This document shows positions 19,881 through 29,196 of a stretch of DNA of 64,000 nucleotides, one piece after another. The DNA lies in the NCBI GenBank assembly GCA_963804165.1, contig CAWDPO010000046.1, forward strand, positions 288,001 through 352,000, given 5' to 3'. The stretch comes from an uncultured delta proteobacterium (lineage in GTDB: Bacteria; Desulfobacterota; Binatia; UBA9968). The translations under genes were made by a program, and so were the position numbers. The stretch's first letter is position 1, and every line of letters begins with the position of its first letter. The notes beneath the pieces are model-generated. The model saw only the letters and a program-made list of their open reading frames with translations, was not told where the DNA came from and did not search any database.

Positions 19881-20269
19881 TTAATGACGGCGATCCCCGC
19901 GATCTCGATCAGATAGTCGGGATGGGCCAGTCCTTTGACGATGACGAGCGTGCTGGTCGCCGGATCCTTTTTGTAAAGGCCGCGGCGAACTTCGTTGTAG
20001 CCTTCACGGTATTCTCGATCGACGATGTATGTCGTCGTCATCACCAAATCGTCGATGGTGCCACCGGCTGCTTTGAGCACGGCTTTGAGGTTATCGAAAA
20101 CTTGCTGGGTTTGGGCCTTGATATCGCCCTTGCCGACGACGTTGCCGTCTTTGTCCGAAGCGGTCTGGCCGGCGATAAAGAGCAGCTTGCCGCCCTGGTT
20201 GAGAATGCCTTGGCTATAACGGGGCCGTGGGTCATTCAAGGTTTTCGGTTGGATAGTTTTACGCGCCAT
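19877..20269 (-). CDS. RidA/YjgF family protein
   Basis: YSQG, LFIAGQ, QTQQVFDNL, LIEIAGIA; GGAGG RBS. Confidence 0.9.
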   Translation of the reverse strand: MARKTIQPKTLNDPRPRYSQGILNQGGKLLFIAGQTASDKDGNVVGKGDIKAQTQQVFDNLKAVLKAAGGTIDDLVMTTTYIVDREYREGYNEVRRGLYKKDPATSTLVIVKGLAHPDYLIEIAGIAVIK

Positions 20270-20296
20270 GATTGCCTCCCTTGGGTTGATGCAAAT

Positions 20297-20375
20297 TGGA
20301 GTAATGGAGTAGTGGAGTGTTGGAGTATTGGGTCCGGAAAAACCAGCACTCCATCCTCCAATCGACTCCACACTC
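20297..20375. repeat. Hairpin of tandem TGGAGTRN octamers and inverted copies
   Basis: TGGAGTAA TGGAGTAG TGGAGTGT TGGAGTAT TGG ... CCAGCACT CCATCCT CCAATCGACT CCA. Confidence 0.85.
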
Positions 20376-20378
20376 GGT

Positions 20379-21377
20379 TTATTTTACCGGGTATCGTTTC
20401 GCCATCTCGTTGAAGAAACCTTCTTTCTCAAGTTCCTGCAAAAAACTCAAGTCCACGAATTGCTCGGGTTTGAAGTTTTTGGCCTGTGGCAGGGTTGGCG
20501 TAAGGACGTCGAGCATGAACTGGATTCCTTTGAGCGTGGGGTAAGGCTTTTTAGGAATCGATTTGATGTAGCCGTTGTAAGAGTCTTCGAGCACCTCGGG
20601 ATTATTGGTGCGCATGTACTTGGCGAAGACCCGCTGGGTCTCCTTCTTGTTGGCATACACGAAATAGATCGCTTCGACGAAACCTTTGAGGGCATTTTTC
20701 ACCGTGTCGCGGTTGCTCGCGATATAGGCGCGCGAGGTGGCGAAGCCGTTGCCTTGCACTTCCACGCCAAGATCGCCGACCGAGACAATTTCCGTCAGGC
20801 CCGCTTTGCGCGCCAGCGGCGCGGCCGAAGTCGCGACGTAGGTGGCGTCGAGCACGCCGGTGGTGACGCTGGCGATACGCTCGGTGTCGAGGCCGGCCGG
20901 GATGAGCGTCAATTCCTTTATATCCGCATTAATGTGCCTGGCGACGATGATTGAGGCGTAGTGGGTCGCCGAATTGAAGCCGGTGATGCCAATGCGCTTG
21001 CCCTTGAGCTGTTCCAATTGGGTGATACCGGACCGGGTGAAAACAATTAGATCATACTTATTTTCCACCGCGGCAACGAGGACGACGTTATGGCCCTGAA
21101 TCGTAGCCTGGACGACGGTGCCGATATTGACGATGGGCGGATCGCCGCTCACCAGCGCCTGGGTTGCCACCTGCCCGCCGCGAAAAAGGATCGGTTCGAC
21201 TTCCAGCCCGTACTTGTTGAAGAGCCCCATCTCTTTGGCGACCCAAACATTGCTTTGCCGAAAGCTGAGGGACGGGTAACCGATCTTGATCTTTTTGAGC
21301 TGCTGGGTTTGAGTCGTGGGCGCTGCAGCCAAATGGCATGAAACTAGTATGACGAATAAGGCAGATACTCGTTTCAT
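20379..21377 (-). CDS. ABC transporter substrate-binding protein (NMT1/SsuA-like)
   Basis: Signal peptide; KYGLEVE, LKGKRIG, KPYPTLKGIQ, FVDLSFLQEL. Confidence 0.9.
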   Translation of the reverse strand: MKRVSALFVILVSCHLAAAPTTQTQQLKKIKIGYPSLSFRQSNVWVAKEMGLFNKYGLEVEPILFRGGQVATQALVSGDPPIVNIGTVVQATIQGHNVVLVAAVENKYDLIVFTRSGITQLEQLKGKRIGITGFNSATHYASIIVARHINADIKELTLIPAGLDTERIASVTTGVLDATYVATSAAPLARKAGLTEIVSVGDLGVEVQGNGFATSRAYIASNRDTVKNALKGFVEAIYFVYANKKETQRVFAKYMRTNNPEVLEDSYNGYIKSIPKKPYPTLKGIQFMLDVLTPTLPQAKNFKPEQFVDLSFLQELEKEGFFNEMAKRYPVK

Positions 21378-21395
21378 GTGATCACCTCGATAAGA

Positions 21396-21470
21396 TTGGA
21401 GTGTTGGAGTAGTGGAGTGTTGGTTTTTTCCGTACCATTACTCCATCACTCCAATAACCCATCACTCCAA
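21396..21470. repeat. Hairpin of tandem TGGAGTRN octamers and inverted copies
   Basis: TTGGAGTG TTGGAGTA GTGGAGTG TTGG ... CCATTACT CCATCACT CCAATAAC CCATCACT CCAA. Confidence 0.88.
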
Positions 21471-21484
21471 TTCTTCACGCGTTC

Positions 21485-22486
21485 CTACTTCGTCGGATAC
21501 CGTTTCGCCATCTCGTTGAAAAAACCTTCCTTCTCAAGTTCCTGCAAAAAGCTCAAATCCACGAACTGCTCGGGCTTGGCGTTCTTTGCCTGTGGTAGCT
21601 GGGGCGCGACCATATCCAACATGAATTGAATGCCCTTGAGCGTTGGGTAAGGCTTCTTGGGAATCCACTTGATGTAGCCAGTGTAAGAGTCTTCAAGGAT
21701 CTCCTGATCGTTGGTGCGCATATATTTGGCGAAGACTTTCTGCGCTTCTTTCTTATTCGCGTAGACGAAATAAATCGCTTCGACAAAGCCTTTGAGCGCG
21801 TTTTTCACCGTGTCGCGGTTGCTGGCGATGTAGGAACGCGAGGTGGCAAAGCCATTGCCTTGCACCTCGACACCCAAGTCCGCGAGGTGGAGTAGCTCCG
21901 CAAAGCCAGCCTTTCGCGCGGGCGCGGAGGCGGAAGACGTGAAAAACGTCGCATCGATCCGGTTGGCGATCATGGCGCCGAAACGTTCGGCGTCAGGCCC
22001 CGCCGGTACAAGCGCGACGTCCTTATTGATTTCTAAATTGAGATGCTTGAATAGAATAGTCGCGGCGTTATGTGTCGCCGAGCCGAAGCCGCTGATGCCG
22101 AACTTTTTCCCTTTGAGCTCTTCGAGCTTATTGATGCCTTTGCGCGCGAACACGATCTGATCATAGGTGGTTTCCACGGCGGCCACCAACACGAGGTTGT
22201 AACCTTGCAAGCTGGCCTGGACCACGGTGCCGATGTTGACGATCGGCGGATCGCCGGCCACCAGAGCTTGCGTGGCCATTTGACCGCCGCGCAAGAAGAT
22301 CGGTTCCACTTCCAGACCGTACTTTTCGAACAACTTCATTTCCTTGGCCACCCAGACGTTGGACTGGCGAAAACTCAAGGAAGGGTAACCGATCCGAATT
22401 TTCTTTAATGCCTGGGCGTCTGCCGGGTCGGCGCCGACGCCTATTATTAGGGTTAATGCCATCAGGATGCCAAGAACAAATTTCAT
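21485..22486 (-). CDS. ABC transporter substrate-binding protein, close paralogue of 20379..21377
   Basis: Own Met and signal peptide MKFVLGILMALTLIIG inside ORF 21485..23587; shared IGYPSLSFRQSNVWVAKEM. Confidence 0.88.
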   Translation of the reverse strand: MKFVLGILMALTLIIGVGADPADAQALKKIRIGYPSLSFRQSNVWVAKEMKLFEKYGLEVEPIFLRGGQMATQALVAGDPPIVNIGTVVQASLQGYNLVLVAAVETTYDQIVFARKGINKLEELKGKKFGISGFGSATHNAATILFKHLNLEINKDVALVPAGPDAERFGAMIANRIDATFFTSSASAPARKAGFAELLHLADLGVEVQGNGFATSRSYIASNRDTVKNALKGFVEAIYFVYANKKEAQKVFAKYMRTNDQEILEDSYTGYIKWIPKKPYPTLKGIQFMLDMVAPQLPQAKNAKPEQFVDLSFLQELEKEGFFNEMAKRYPTK

Positions 22487-22530
22487 GCGTAAAAACCTTT
22501 CAGCTAATCTATTATTATTACTGCCGCAAT

Positions 22531-23530
22531 TTATTTTCGCCAACTGCTTGAGCGCCTCTTCGATGTACGCATTGTCGACAAAATCGCTCGCCGGTGGAAT
22601 CTTTTTCCCTTGATAAGTTCCCTCTTTGGCCCGGAGGTCCATGGCCTTGTCGAAGGAAACCTGGCTGACCATGCCGTCCCTCGGAAACGGCCGAAAGTCC
22701 TTGACCAAGTATTTGTAATCTTCCTCGGCGCTTTCCCGCGTCGTTTTTAGGGCTTTCATGTGGATCGCTATGGACTCTTCTCTGTTCTTCGGGTCATAGA
22801 GCCAGCGCGTCGCCTCGATCACCGATCTGAGGTAGCGCACCACTTCCTGGCGATTCGATTTGAGGTAGTTGGTATGGGCGAAGTCGGTGGTGAAAAGAAT
22901 CGGGCCCAAATATTCATGAAAATTGGCGAGCTTGCGAAACCCTTCCTTGGCGGCGCGGAACGTCGACGGCGGACCCATGAACGAAGCCTGCACCGAGCCG
23001 CGCTTGAGGGCGGCGTAGCGCTCCGACGAGGTGCCGACGATCAAAAGTTTGTAGTCGTTTTCCTTGAGCTTATAGGCTTTCTCCAGGATCTCGTGCACCA
23101 TCAAAGTCGTGCCGCCGGTCAGTGTGCTGACGCCGAGTGTCTTGCCTTTTAAATCCGCGCCGGTTTTGATCTCGGGGCGCGCGTAGATGTCGTATGGGAT
23201 CTTCTCCATGTTGGCGCTGATAATTTTTATCTTTCCGCCTTTCTCTGCGGCGCCGATCACATAGTCCGGATTGATCCGGCCGATGGGGATGGTCTCGCTC
23301 AGCACGGCGCGCAGAACGTTGGTGGCGCCGCGGATGATGATCACTTCGACCTGGATACCGTTTTTTTCGAAGAATTTTTTCTGTTCGGCGACATACAGCG
23401 GCCAGCTCGACGAAGTATTGCCGCTCTGCGTAAAGCGCAATTTCAACATGCCGCCGTCGGCCGCCAGAGCAGTGGCGGATGAACTTAGCGCGCCGATGAG
23501 TGCGATGATCGTTCCGATTAGTTGCTTCAC
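22531..23530 (-). CDS. ABC transporter substrate-binding protein (NMT1/SsuA-like); stop probably lost through an A-run indel
   Basis: Signal VKQLIGTIIALIGAL..; DLKGKTLGV; ends FVDNAYIEEALKQLAK followed by GCG AAA A TAA. Confidence 0.8.
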
Positions 23531-23655
23531 ACCTAACCCTATCTCTTTATTGGACTGCATTTGGCTGAAGCTGGCGGAGGCGTTCACTTCTCCTTCGATT
23601 TGCTTCTAGACGCAGTTTTTCAATTCCAAAAAAACGGATCGGAACGCGTCTCCAT

Positions 23656-23940
23656 TCACGCGTCCATGGTCTCGTCAAACCACTTGTGCACGCCCATGAA
23701 GTAGCCGATGGCGATGCCGACAATGTACGCCGTGGTAAACCCGTAGAAAAATTCGGTATGCGTCGCGACGAAGTGTTTATTGAGCTGGCCGGAGACAAAC
23801 AGATTCCAAAACGATGCCAGCACACTACCGGGCGGTGGAATCAGAAGTTCGTTTTCCAACAACAGACGCGTCAAAATTTCCCAAATCACCAGGCCGGCGA
23901 ATATGGTAACGCAGCCGCGTACGATTTCCTTCCTGAGCAC
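23656..23940 (-). pseudogene. Truncated NitT/TauT-family ABC permease (N-terminal third)
   Basis: IWEIL...LLIPPPGSV...G.L..H...T..EFFYGF...GIAIGYFMG then stop; the EAA loop region is absent. Confidence 0.75.
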
Positions 23941-23958
23941 AGAGCGGTTCTCCTGGAG

Positions 23959-26475
23959 TCAGCGATAGAGTTCTGGATCGCTGCCGGTGTCGGCGCCGGT
24001 GCGGATTCGCGGAAAAAGCGAGACACCGCCGGGACGACCCTGGATCATAAAATCGACGGGAATGAAGCCTTCGAGCAGTGGAATAGGCAATTGGACACCG
24101 GCAAATGGACTGCGGTGATCGCCGCCGATCGCGAGTTGATTACCCCATAGTCCGGTCGGCAGCCCGCCCGTCATGCTGAAGCGACTCGCCGAGATCGTGC
24201 CTTGCATTGGCGGCAATTTATATTTGCTGCCCGGATCGCGCTCGTTGTCGGTCAGTAATTGTGAATCCAGAACGCGCTGATAATTGTCCCCGGTTCCGCC
24301 AACCTCGCGGACCAGCGTGAACGTGGTATCTTCGCCACCTTCCGCCTGGCCGGCGCGTCGTTCTCGTTCGGCTTTGACGATGGCCGATGGAAGATTCTTG
24401 ATGCCGCCGATGCTGTCCTTGGCGCGTTGGTTGACGTCGGAGAGTGCAACCTGCAAATTCTTTTCGCGCAGCGTTACGAAAAACCGATCGTTCAATGATT
24501 TCGTCAGAGGATAACTCTGGATGCGCGTGCCCCACGGGGTTTGATAGTGAATCAAAATCTCGTTGTCATTGATCAGGTTCACGCCGCGCTCGGCGATCTC
24601 CATGTTGGCGGGATTGCCGTCGAACAGGGCGGCCTTGAGGCCCAATCCACGCGGTCCGAAAAGCTCGGGGTTTTCCACCAAAAACTGCTTGCTCATGCGC
24701 AGGCCCTGGTTTTCGTCCTTGGCCATGTCGGCCAGCCGCTTGGTCGCGTCGGCGGCGGCGGGGGTATCCGGATGTTGGTCGATTACGCTGGTCAGATAGT
24801 ATTCGCGGGCGCCGCGATTGGCGCTTCTAGTCGCTGCGTTGAGCAGCGCCTTCGCTGATTTGTCTTTCAGCGCTGCGATTTTCTGTTGCGGCGATCCGGC
24901 CAGTTCGTGATAGTTGATCGCTTGGTCAAGCATGCCGCGTTCCTCGTAGGCGTCGGCCAAGACTTTATACACGTCGGAGGCGTTTTCCGAGTCCGGATGG
25001 TTGCGCACATAGGCGACGCCGGCATCGATGACCGGCTGCGCCGAAACCGGATTCTGAGTCATGACCTGATAAAAGTTGTTGGTGACCATCAGAGCATTGG
25101 CCATGCCTAGCGCCATTGCGGCGCCGGGGCCGGCTGCTGCCAGCGCTCCAGCGCCGAAGAGCAGGTTCTTGCGCAAAAAGTCTTCACCGAGAAGAACATA
25201 CTTGGCCGACTGCACTTGTCTATCGGTTCGCGCGTCTTGAAATGGAGTGAGGAGGTTATAGTGCGGGCTTTGGAGAAGAGCGACGGCGCGCTGCTTGACT
25301 TCCGGATTCGCCGAGGATTTGGCCATCTGTTCAACGGCTTTTTTCGCCGCTTCGCGCCATCCCTTCATCTCCAGAGCGACCGCTTCCGCGTCTCGAGCGG
25401 CGTCGGCCAACGGCTTACCCAGGTATTTTTTCTCGGTGTCGATGGCGATCCGTTGAAGCTGGTTGCTGTCCCGCAGCGTCAAGACCTCGAGTAAACGTTC
25501 GACATCGGTTCGATGCTCGTCGCTCGTCGGCGATTCGGCGCGCGCAAGAAGCCCCTTGCTGCGCGCATTGTCGAGCTCGACCACGGATTTCTCGACTTGC
25601 TGGCGTAGGTCGTCGGCGTCGCGACACTGCGGGTCGATAAACGTGACCATATCGAGGTGAAACAGCGCTCTTTCAAAATCATTCTTGGCGAAAGCTTCCT
25701 TGGCTCTGTCGATCTGCTTGCGCGTCAATGCATCCTTTTTTTTCTTGTCCAGCTTTTCCACTTGTTTCCTGATGGCGGCATTGCGGGGATCGTCCGGGAA
25801 GCGCTTCAAATGATCGAGATCCCGCGCCAACGCTCGCCGTTCTTCGACGGCCATGTCTCGGTCCATCAGCGCGTAGACCTGGCTGACGGTGGTTTCGGCG
25901 ACGGCGCCGACATAGTTACCCGAAGCCACGCCGATCAAATCCACCGAACCGAGCAGACGGTTCGCCATGCCGCCCCAAAAATTGGTCGAGCTCCGGCGCA
26001 TCAGCGCGTCCGACTGATTGAAGTCGTCGTTGTTGATGATCGCCTCGAGATATTTTTTGCGTTCCGGCGACGCAACATTCTTGAGCGCTTCTTTCTGCGC
26101 CGCCATATATTTCTCGCGGTCTTGAATCGTATTGTTGACGATATCTTGCGCCTGCGCCGTCAAGCCCGTCGATGTGCCGTGCTGTTTCTTCATGCGCGCG
26201 TCTTCAGTGTGCAAGAACTGCAAATGTTGGGGCAGAGATTCTTCACGGTTGATCAACGCGTCGATGAGCAACTCACGCGCGCGTTTGTCGATTTCGTCGG
26301 GAAAATATTTCGGCGTCTCGCCGGCGCTCTGTTCGAAGGGGCTATAATCGGGAAGCGGGTTGAGGATTTTGTCGAGCGGCAAGGCTTTTTCTTGCGCTTG
26401 GAGCGCAACATGAAATGCCGCCACGAAAGTGAAGCAGACGGCAGCGCTCAAACGTATAAACCGCTCGAACTTCAT
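23959..26475 (-). CDS. Large exported TPR-like protein of unknown function
   Basis: 838 aa; signal peptide; repeated helix-P-D-x-x-x-A motifs (RFPDDPRNA, NHPDSENAS, QHPDTPAAA). Confidence 0.75.
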   Translation of the reverse strand: MKFERFIRLSAAVCFTFVAAFHVALQAQEKALPLDKILNPLPDYSPFEQSAGETPKYFPDEIDKRARELLIDALINREESLPQHLQFLHTEDARMKKQHGTSTGLTAQAQDIVNNTIQDREKYMAAQKEALKNVASPERKKYLEAIINNDDFNQSDALMRRSSTNFWGGMANRLLGSVDLIGVASGNYVGAVAETTVSQVYALMDRDMAVEERRALARDLDHLKRFPDDPRNAAIRKQVEKLDKKKKDALTRKQIDRAKEAFAKNDFERALFHLDMVTFIDPQCRDADDLRQQVEKSVVELDNARSKGLLARAESPTSDEHRTDVERLLEVLTLRDSNQLQRIAIDTEKKYLGKPLADAARDAEAVALEMKGWREAAKKAVEQMAKSSANPEVKQRAVALLQSPHYNLLTPFQDARTDRQVQSAKYVLLGEDFLRKNLLFGAGALAAAGPGAAMALGMANALMVTNNFYQVMTQNPVSAQPVIDAGVAYVRNHPDSENASDVYKVLADAYEERGMLDQAINYHELAGSPQQKIAALKDKSAKALLNAATRSANRGAREYYLTSVIDQHPDTPAAADATKRLADMAKDENQGLRMSKQFLVENPELFGPRGLGLKAALFDGNPANMEIAERGVNLINDNEILIHYQTPWGTRIQSYPLTKSLNDRFFVTLREKNLQVALSDVNQRAKDSIGGIKNLPSAIVKAERERRAGQAEGGEDTTFTLVREVGGTGDNYQRVLDSQLLTDNERDPGSKYKLPPMQGTISASRFSMTGGLPTGLWGNQLAIGGDHRSPFAGVQLPIPLLEGFIPVDFMIQGRPGGVSLFPRIRTGADTGSDPELYR

Positions 26476-27398
26476 CGATTGAGCCTGGTCATTTTTTCGA
26501 GAAAACCGCGCGCCGCTTCGATTTTACCCTGGGCCTCGATTTTTTCCACGATGCCGTCGACTTGTCCGACCTCGCTATAGAGCTTGAGGGCCGACTTCAC
26601 GAATTGATCTAACATCTTGATGTCAAAGACTAATCCCTCCGGATCGTACTGGGATGCATATTCATTTGCAAGCACCATGTAGAAGTCGCCGAAATCGAGC
26701 AAAAAGCGGTAGATATTCTTGCTTTGCTGGTGTTTCGTCACCAGCTGGCTGTAGCCGACGATCGTCAGCTGATTGCCTTCCTTGAGGCGATGGCGGTTGG
26801 CTTCGACAAAGGCGACCTTGGCGCGGTCGACGCGTTCCTCTTCGACGCGGGCTAGAAACGCGTATTGCGTGCCTTGGTATTTTTGCATGAGATGATTCCA
26901 TGCGGCGACTTTCTCGTCGAGACCGGCGATGTACTTGAAAGGATCGTCAGTCGGGATGACCTTGTCGAAAATACGCAAAAAGTTATCCAGGATCTCGGCA
27001 TTTTTCGCCGCTTCGGCGCCGAGTCGACCGTCGGTTTCAGCGACCTTGCGATAAAGCGCCGCAGCTTGATCGTATTCCCTGAGTCTTTCCAGGGCGAGAG
27101 CTTTGTTGAACTGGACGATATCGCTGAACTGATCGCGATTTTTGCGTTCGTAGTCATTCAGGCGCACCAACGTGGCCTTCATGATATTGATGCCGGTGAC
27201 ATCCTTGGGAATAGGAAAACGGTAGACGTCTTCTTTCGCCAAGCGCTGAAAGTCCTTGACGATGTCGAGGAGATCGCCGGCCGGCACGTAGCGTGCTTCG
27301 GGCGGCGCAGTGCGCGAGGAGCAAGCGCTGAACAAGAATATCTCAAAAGCGAGGATGACACCGCGGATAAGATGATTTCTTGCTCGTGAGACTCGCAA
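26472..27398 (-). CDS. TPR-like lipoprotein
   Basis: Lipobox FSAC after a hydrophobic stretch; QFNKALALERLREYDQAAALY; 4-bp overlap with downstream gene; start inferred (TTG). Confidence 0.72.
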   Translation of the reverse strand: MRVSRARNHLIRGVILAFEIFLFSACSSRTAPPEARYVPAGDLLDIVKDFQRLAKEDVYRFPIPKDVTGINIMKATLVRLNDYERKNRDQFSDIVQFNKALALERLREYDQAAALYRKVAETDGRLGAEAAKNAEILDNFLRIFDKVIPTDDPFKYIAGLDEKVAAWNHLMQKYQGTQYAFLARVEEERVDRAKVAFVEANRHRLKEGNQLTIVGYSQLVTKHQQSKNIYRFLLDFGDFYMVLANEYASQYDPEGLVFDIKMLDQFVKSALKLYSEVGQVDGIVEKIEAQGKIEAARGFLEKMTRLNR

Positions 27399-27521
27399 AT
27401 TATTTTTTAGCCCGATCGCATCCTGCCGACGGTATGGAACTTCGCACTGACCTTTGAAGGTTTCACCCATTTTCCGAGAATTTGTCGCTAAGTCAAGGGA
27501 ACGGAAGGACATCCCAATCGC

Positions 27522-27550
27522 TTGACCATCGAAGACGAAACCCTAATAAT
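27522..27550 (+). promoter_or_regulatory. Possible sigma70 promoter giving a near-leaderless transcript
   Basis: TTGACC-N17-AATAAT ending 8 nt before ATG 27559. Confidence 0.35.
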
Positions 27551-27558
27551 TGGCGGGT

Positions 27559-28764
27559 ATGCTTAACAACCTTTCGCGTTGGCCGGTTTTGTTGGCTATG
27601 ACTCTATGGCTTTCGGCTTGCGCCGGCGATGGATTTTTGGCTGGCCCTCGTTCGGCCGCCCCGCCACCGGCGCCAGCTCCGAAGCCGCCGCCGCCACCAT
27701 CTCCGCCCCTGCCGGAATACCGCGGCCCGGCGACCCGGCCATTCTTTATGGGCTTCACCCAGTGGCCGGCGGATCTGAGCGAGGAAGGAGAGGCGACCGC
27801 GCGTGACTATGCGCAAGCGCACGGCGATATCGTTTCGGTGATGTTTATCGGCGGTATTCCTTGGCCCGAGGCGCTCGACGGCAAGCCATTTTCAAAAGAT
27901 GTGCAAGCCAACATGAGCTTCCGGCCGCCGACGGGGAAGAAGTTGTTCCTATCGATCTCGCCGTTGAACAAGGATAGGCGTGATCTGGCGCCTTACTGGG
28001 GCGACAGCGAGAATCAGCCATTGCCACAGCCGTGGAATAACGAGCCGCTGAACAGTCCACGGGTGAAAAGGGCGTACCTCAACTTCGTCCTGCGCGCCAT
28101 CGATGCGATGCACCCGAATTATCTCGCCATCGGTGTCGAATCCAACGTGCTGTTGTCACGCAATCAAGCCAAATGGCAGCAGCTTAAAGAGCTGCAGCGC
28201 GATACCTACACGGCGGTAAAAAAAGTCCACCGATCGCTGCCGGTCTTTTTCACGACCGAAGTGCTGCATTACAAACGGCTCACACGCGACGCCAAGGGTA
28301 CCGAGCAAGAGAAAGAAGTCACCGACATGATGCGCTATAGCGACCTGTTCGCGATGAGCCTCTATCCGCACATGAGTGCCGAGGTGCCGCGCGTCGTGCC
28401 GGCGAATTTTCTCGACTTCGCCAAGCGTTTCAAAAAAGGGATCGCCGTTTCCGAAAGCGGCATGACGTCGCGCAACGTCGAGCTCAAATCATACTCGACC
28501 GTGCTCTACGGCTCGGAGGCGGACCAAATGCAGTTCACCGAATATCTGCTCAAGACCGCGGCGCGCGACGGCTATGAATTCGTCATCAACTTCGCCACCA
28601 CCGATTCCGATCGCCTGGTCGCCCGGCTGCGCCCTCCGCTCGCCGATCTGGCGCGCATCTGGGCCTTTATCGGCATGCAAACCGGCGATCAAAGACCGAA
28701 GCCGGCGTCAGCCGTGTGGGATGGTTTCTTGCGGGCGAAGTACGAACAGACGAAGTGGTGGTGA
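27559..28764 (+). CDS. Lipoprotein with Pro-rich linker and probable glycoside hydrolase clan-A TIM barrel
   Basis: LSAC lipobox; PPPAPAPKPPPPPSPP; YLAIGVESN (acid/base-like) and IAVSESG (nucleophile-like). Confidence 0.65.
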   Translation: MLNNLSRWPVLLAMTLWLSACAGDGFLAGPRSAAPPPAPAPKPPPPPSPPLPEYRGPATRPFFMGFTQWPADLSEEGEATARDYAQAHGDIVSVMFIGGIPWPEALDGKPFSKDVQANMSFRPPTGKKLFLSISPLNKDRRDLAPYWGDSENQPLPQPWNNEPLNSPRVKRAYLNFVLRAIDAMHPNYLAIGVESNVLLSRNQAKWQQLKELQRDTYTAVKKVHRSLPVFFTTEVLHYKRLTRDAKGTEQEKEVTDMMRYSDLFAMSLYPHMSAEVPRVVPANFLDFAKRFKKGIAVSESGMTSRNVELKSYSTVLYGSEADQMQFTEYLLKTAARDGYEFVINFATTDSDRLVARLRPPLADLARIWAFIGMQTGDQRPKPASAVWDGFLRAKYEQTKWW

Positions 28765-28782
28765 GGGCGGCCTCTCGGCGGC

Positions 28783-29112
28783 TCAGGATATGATCAACGA
28801 ATAGAACAAAACCATCTCCCCATTTCTCCCCGCCGCAAAATCGTGCGGCGTGCCTTTGGGGATGTGGCAGACAATTCCCGGTCGAAGAGAAATCCGTTTA
28901 CCATCGACGCGTAGCCGACCGGTGCCTTTGATGACGTGACAGACCACGTCTTTGTCAGCGTGGTTGATCTGCTTCGGGTCGGAATTCTTGCTTGGCTTGA
29001 AGGCGATCAGGCCGCTGGTGAATTGTTTGCCGGCGAAGCAGTCGGCGTAGCGGATCTCGTGGTTAAGATTTTTTAGCTCTTTGAGGGCTTGGCTGATTCG
29101 AACAATTTTCAT
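28783..29112 (-). CDS. Cupin domain protein
   Basis: H.DKDVVCHVIKGTG...HIPKGTPHDF. Confidence 0.85.
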   Translation of the reverse strand: MKIVRISQALKELKNLNHEIRYADCFAGKQFTSGLIAFKPSKNSDPKQINHADKDVVCHVIKGTGRLRVDGKRISLRPGIVCHIPKGTPHDFAAGRNGEMVLFYSLIIS

Positions 29113-29136
29113 TGAAACTTTGCGTCGCAGGCAAAC

Positions 29137-29190
29137 GTAGGGGCGCGGCATGCCGCGCCTTTGGACGGGCGTATCGCGATACGCCCCTAC
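29137..29190. repeat. GTAG-type REP doublet
   Basis: GTAGGGGCGCGGCATGCCGCGCC...GGGCGTATCGCGATACGCCCCTAC. Confidence 0.85.
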
Positions 29191-29196
29191 ACCGCC

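Noticed and set aside
20297-21470. Octamer arrays as CRISPR repeats or iterons
   Set aside because: The units are 8 bp, arranged as inverted arms, with no spacers and no rep gene.
21485-23587. 700-aa double-domain binding-protein fusion
   Set aside because: An internal Met plus signal peptide at 22486 and GCG AAA A TAA at 22531-22540 indicate two genes joined by a homopolymer indel.
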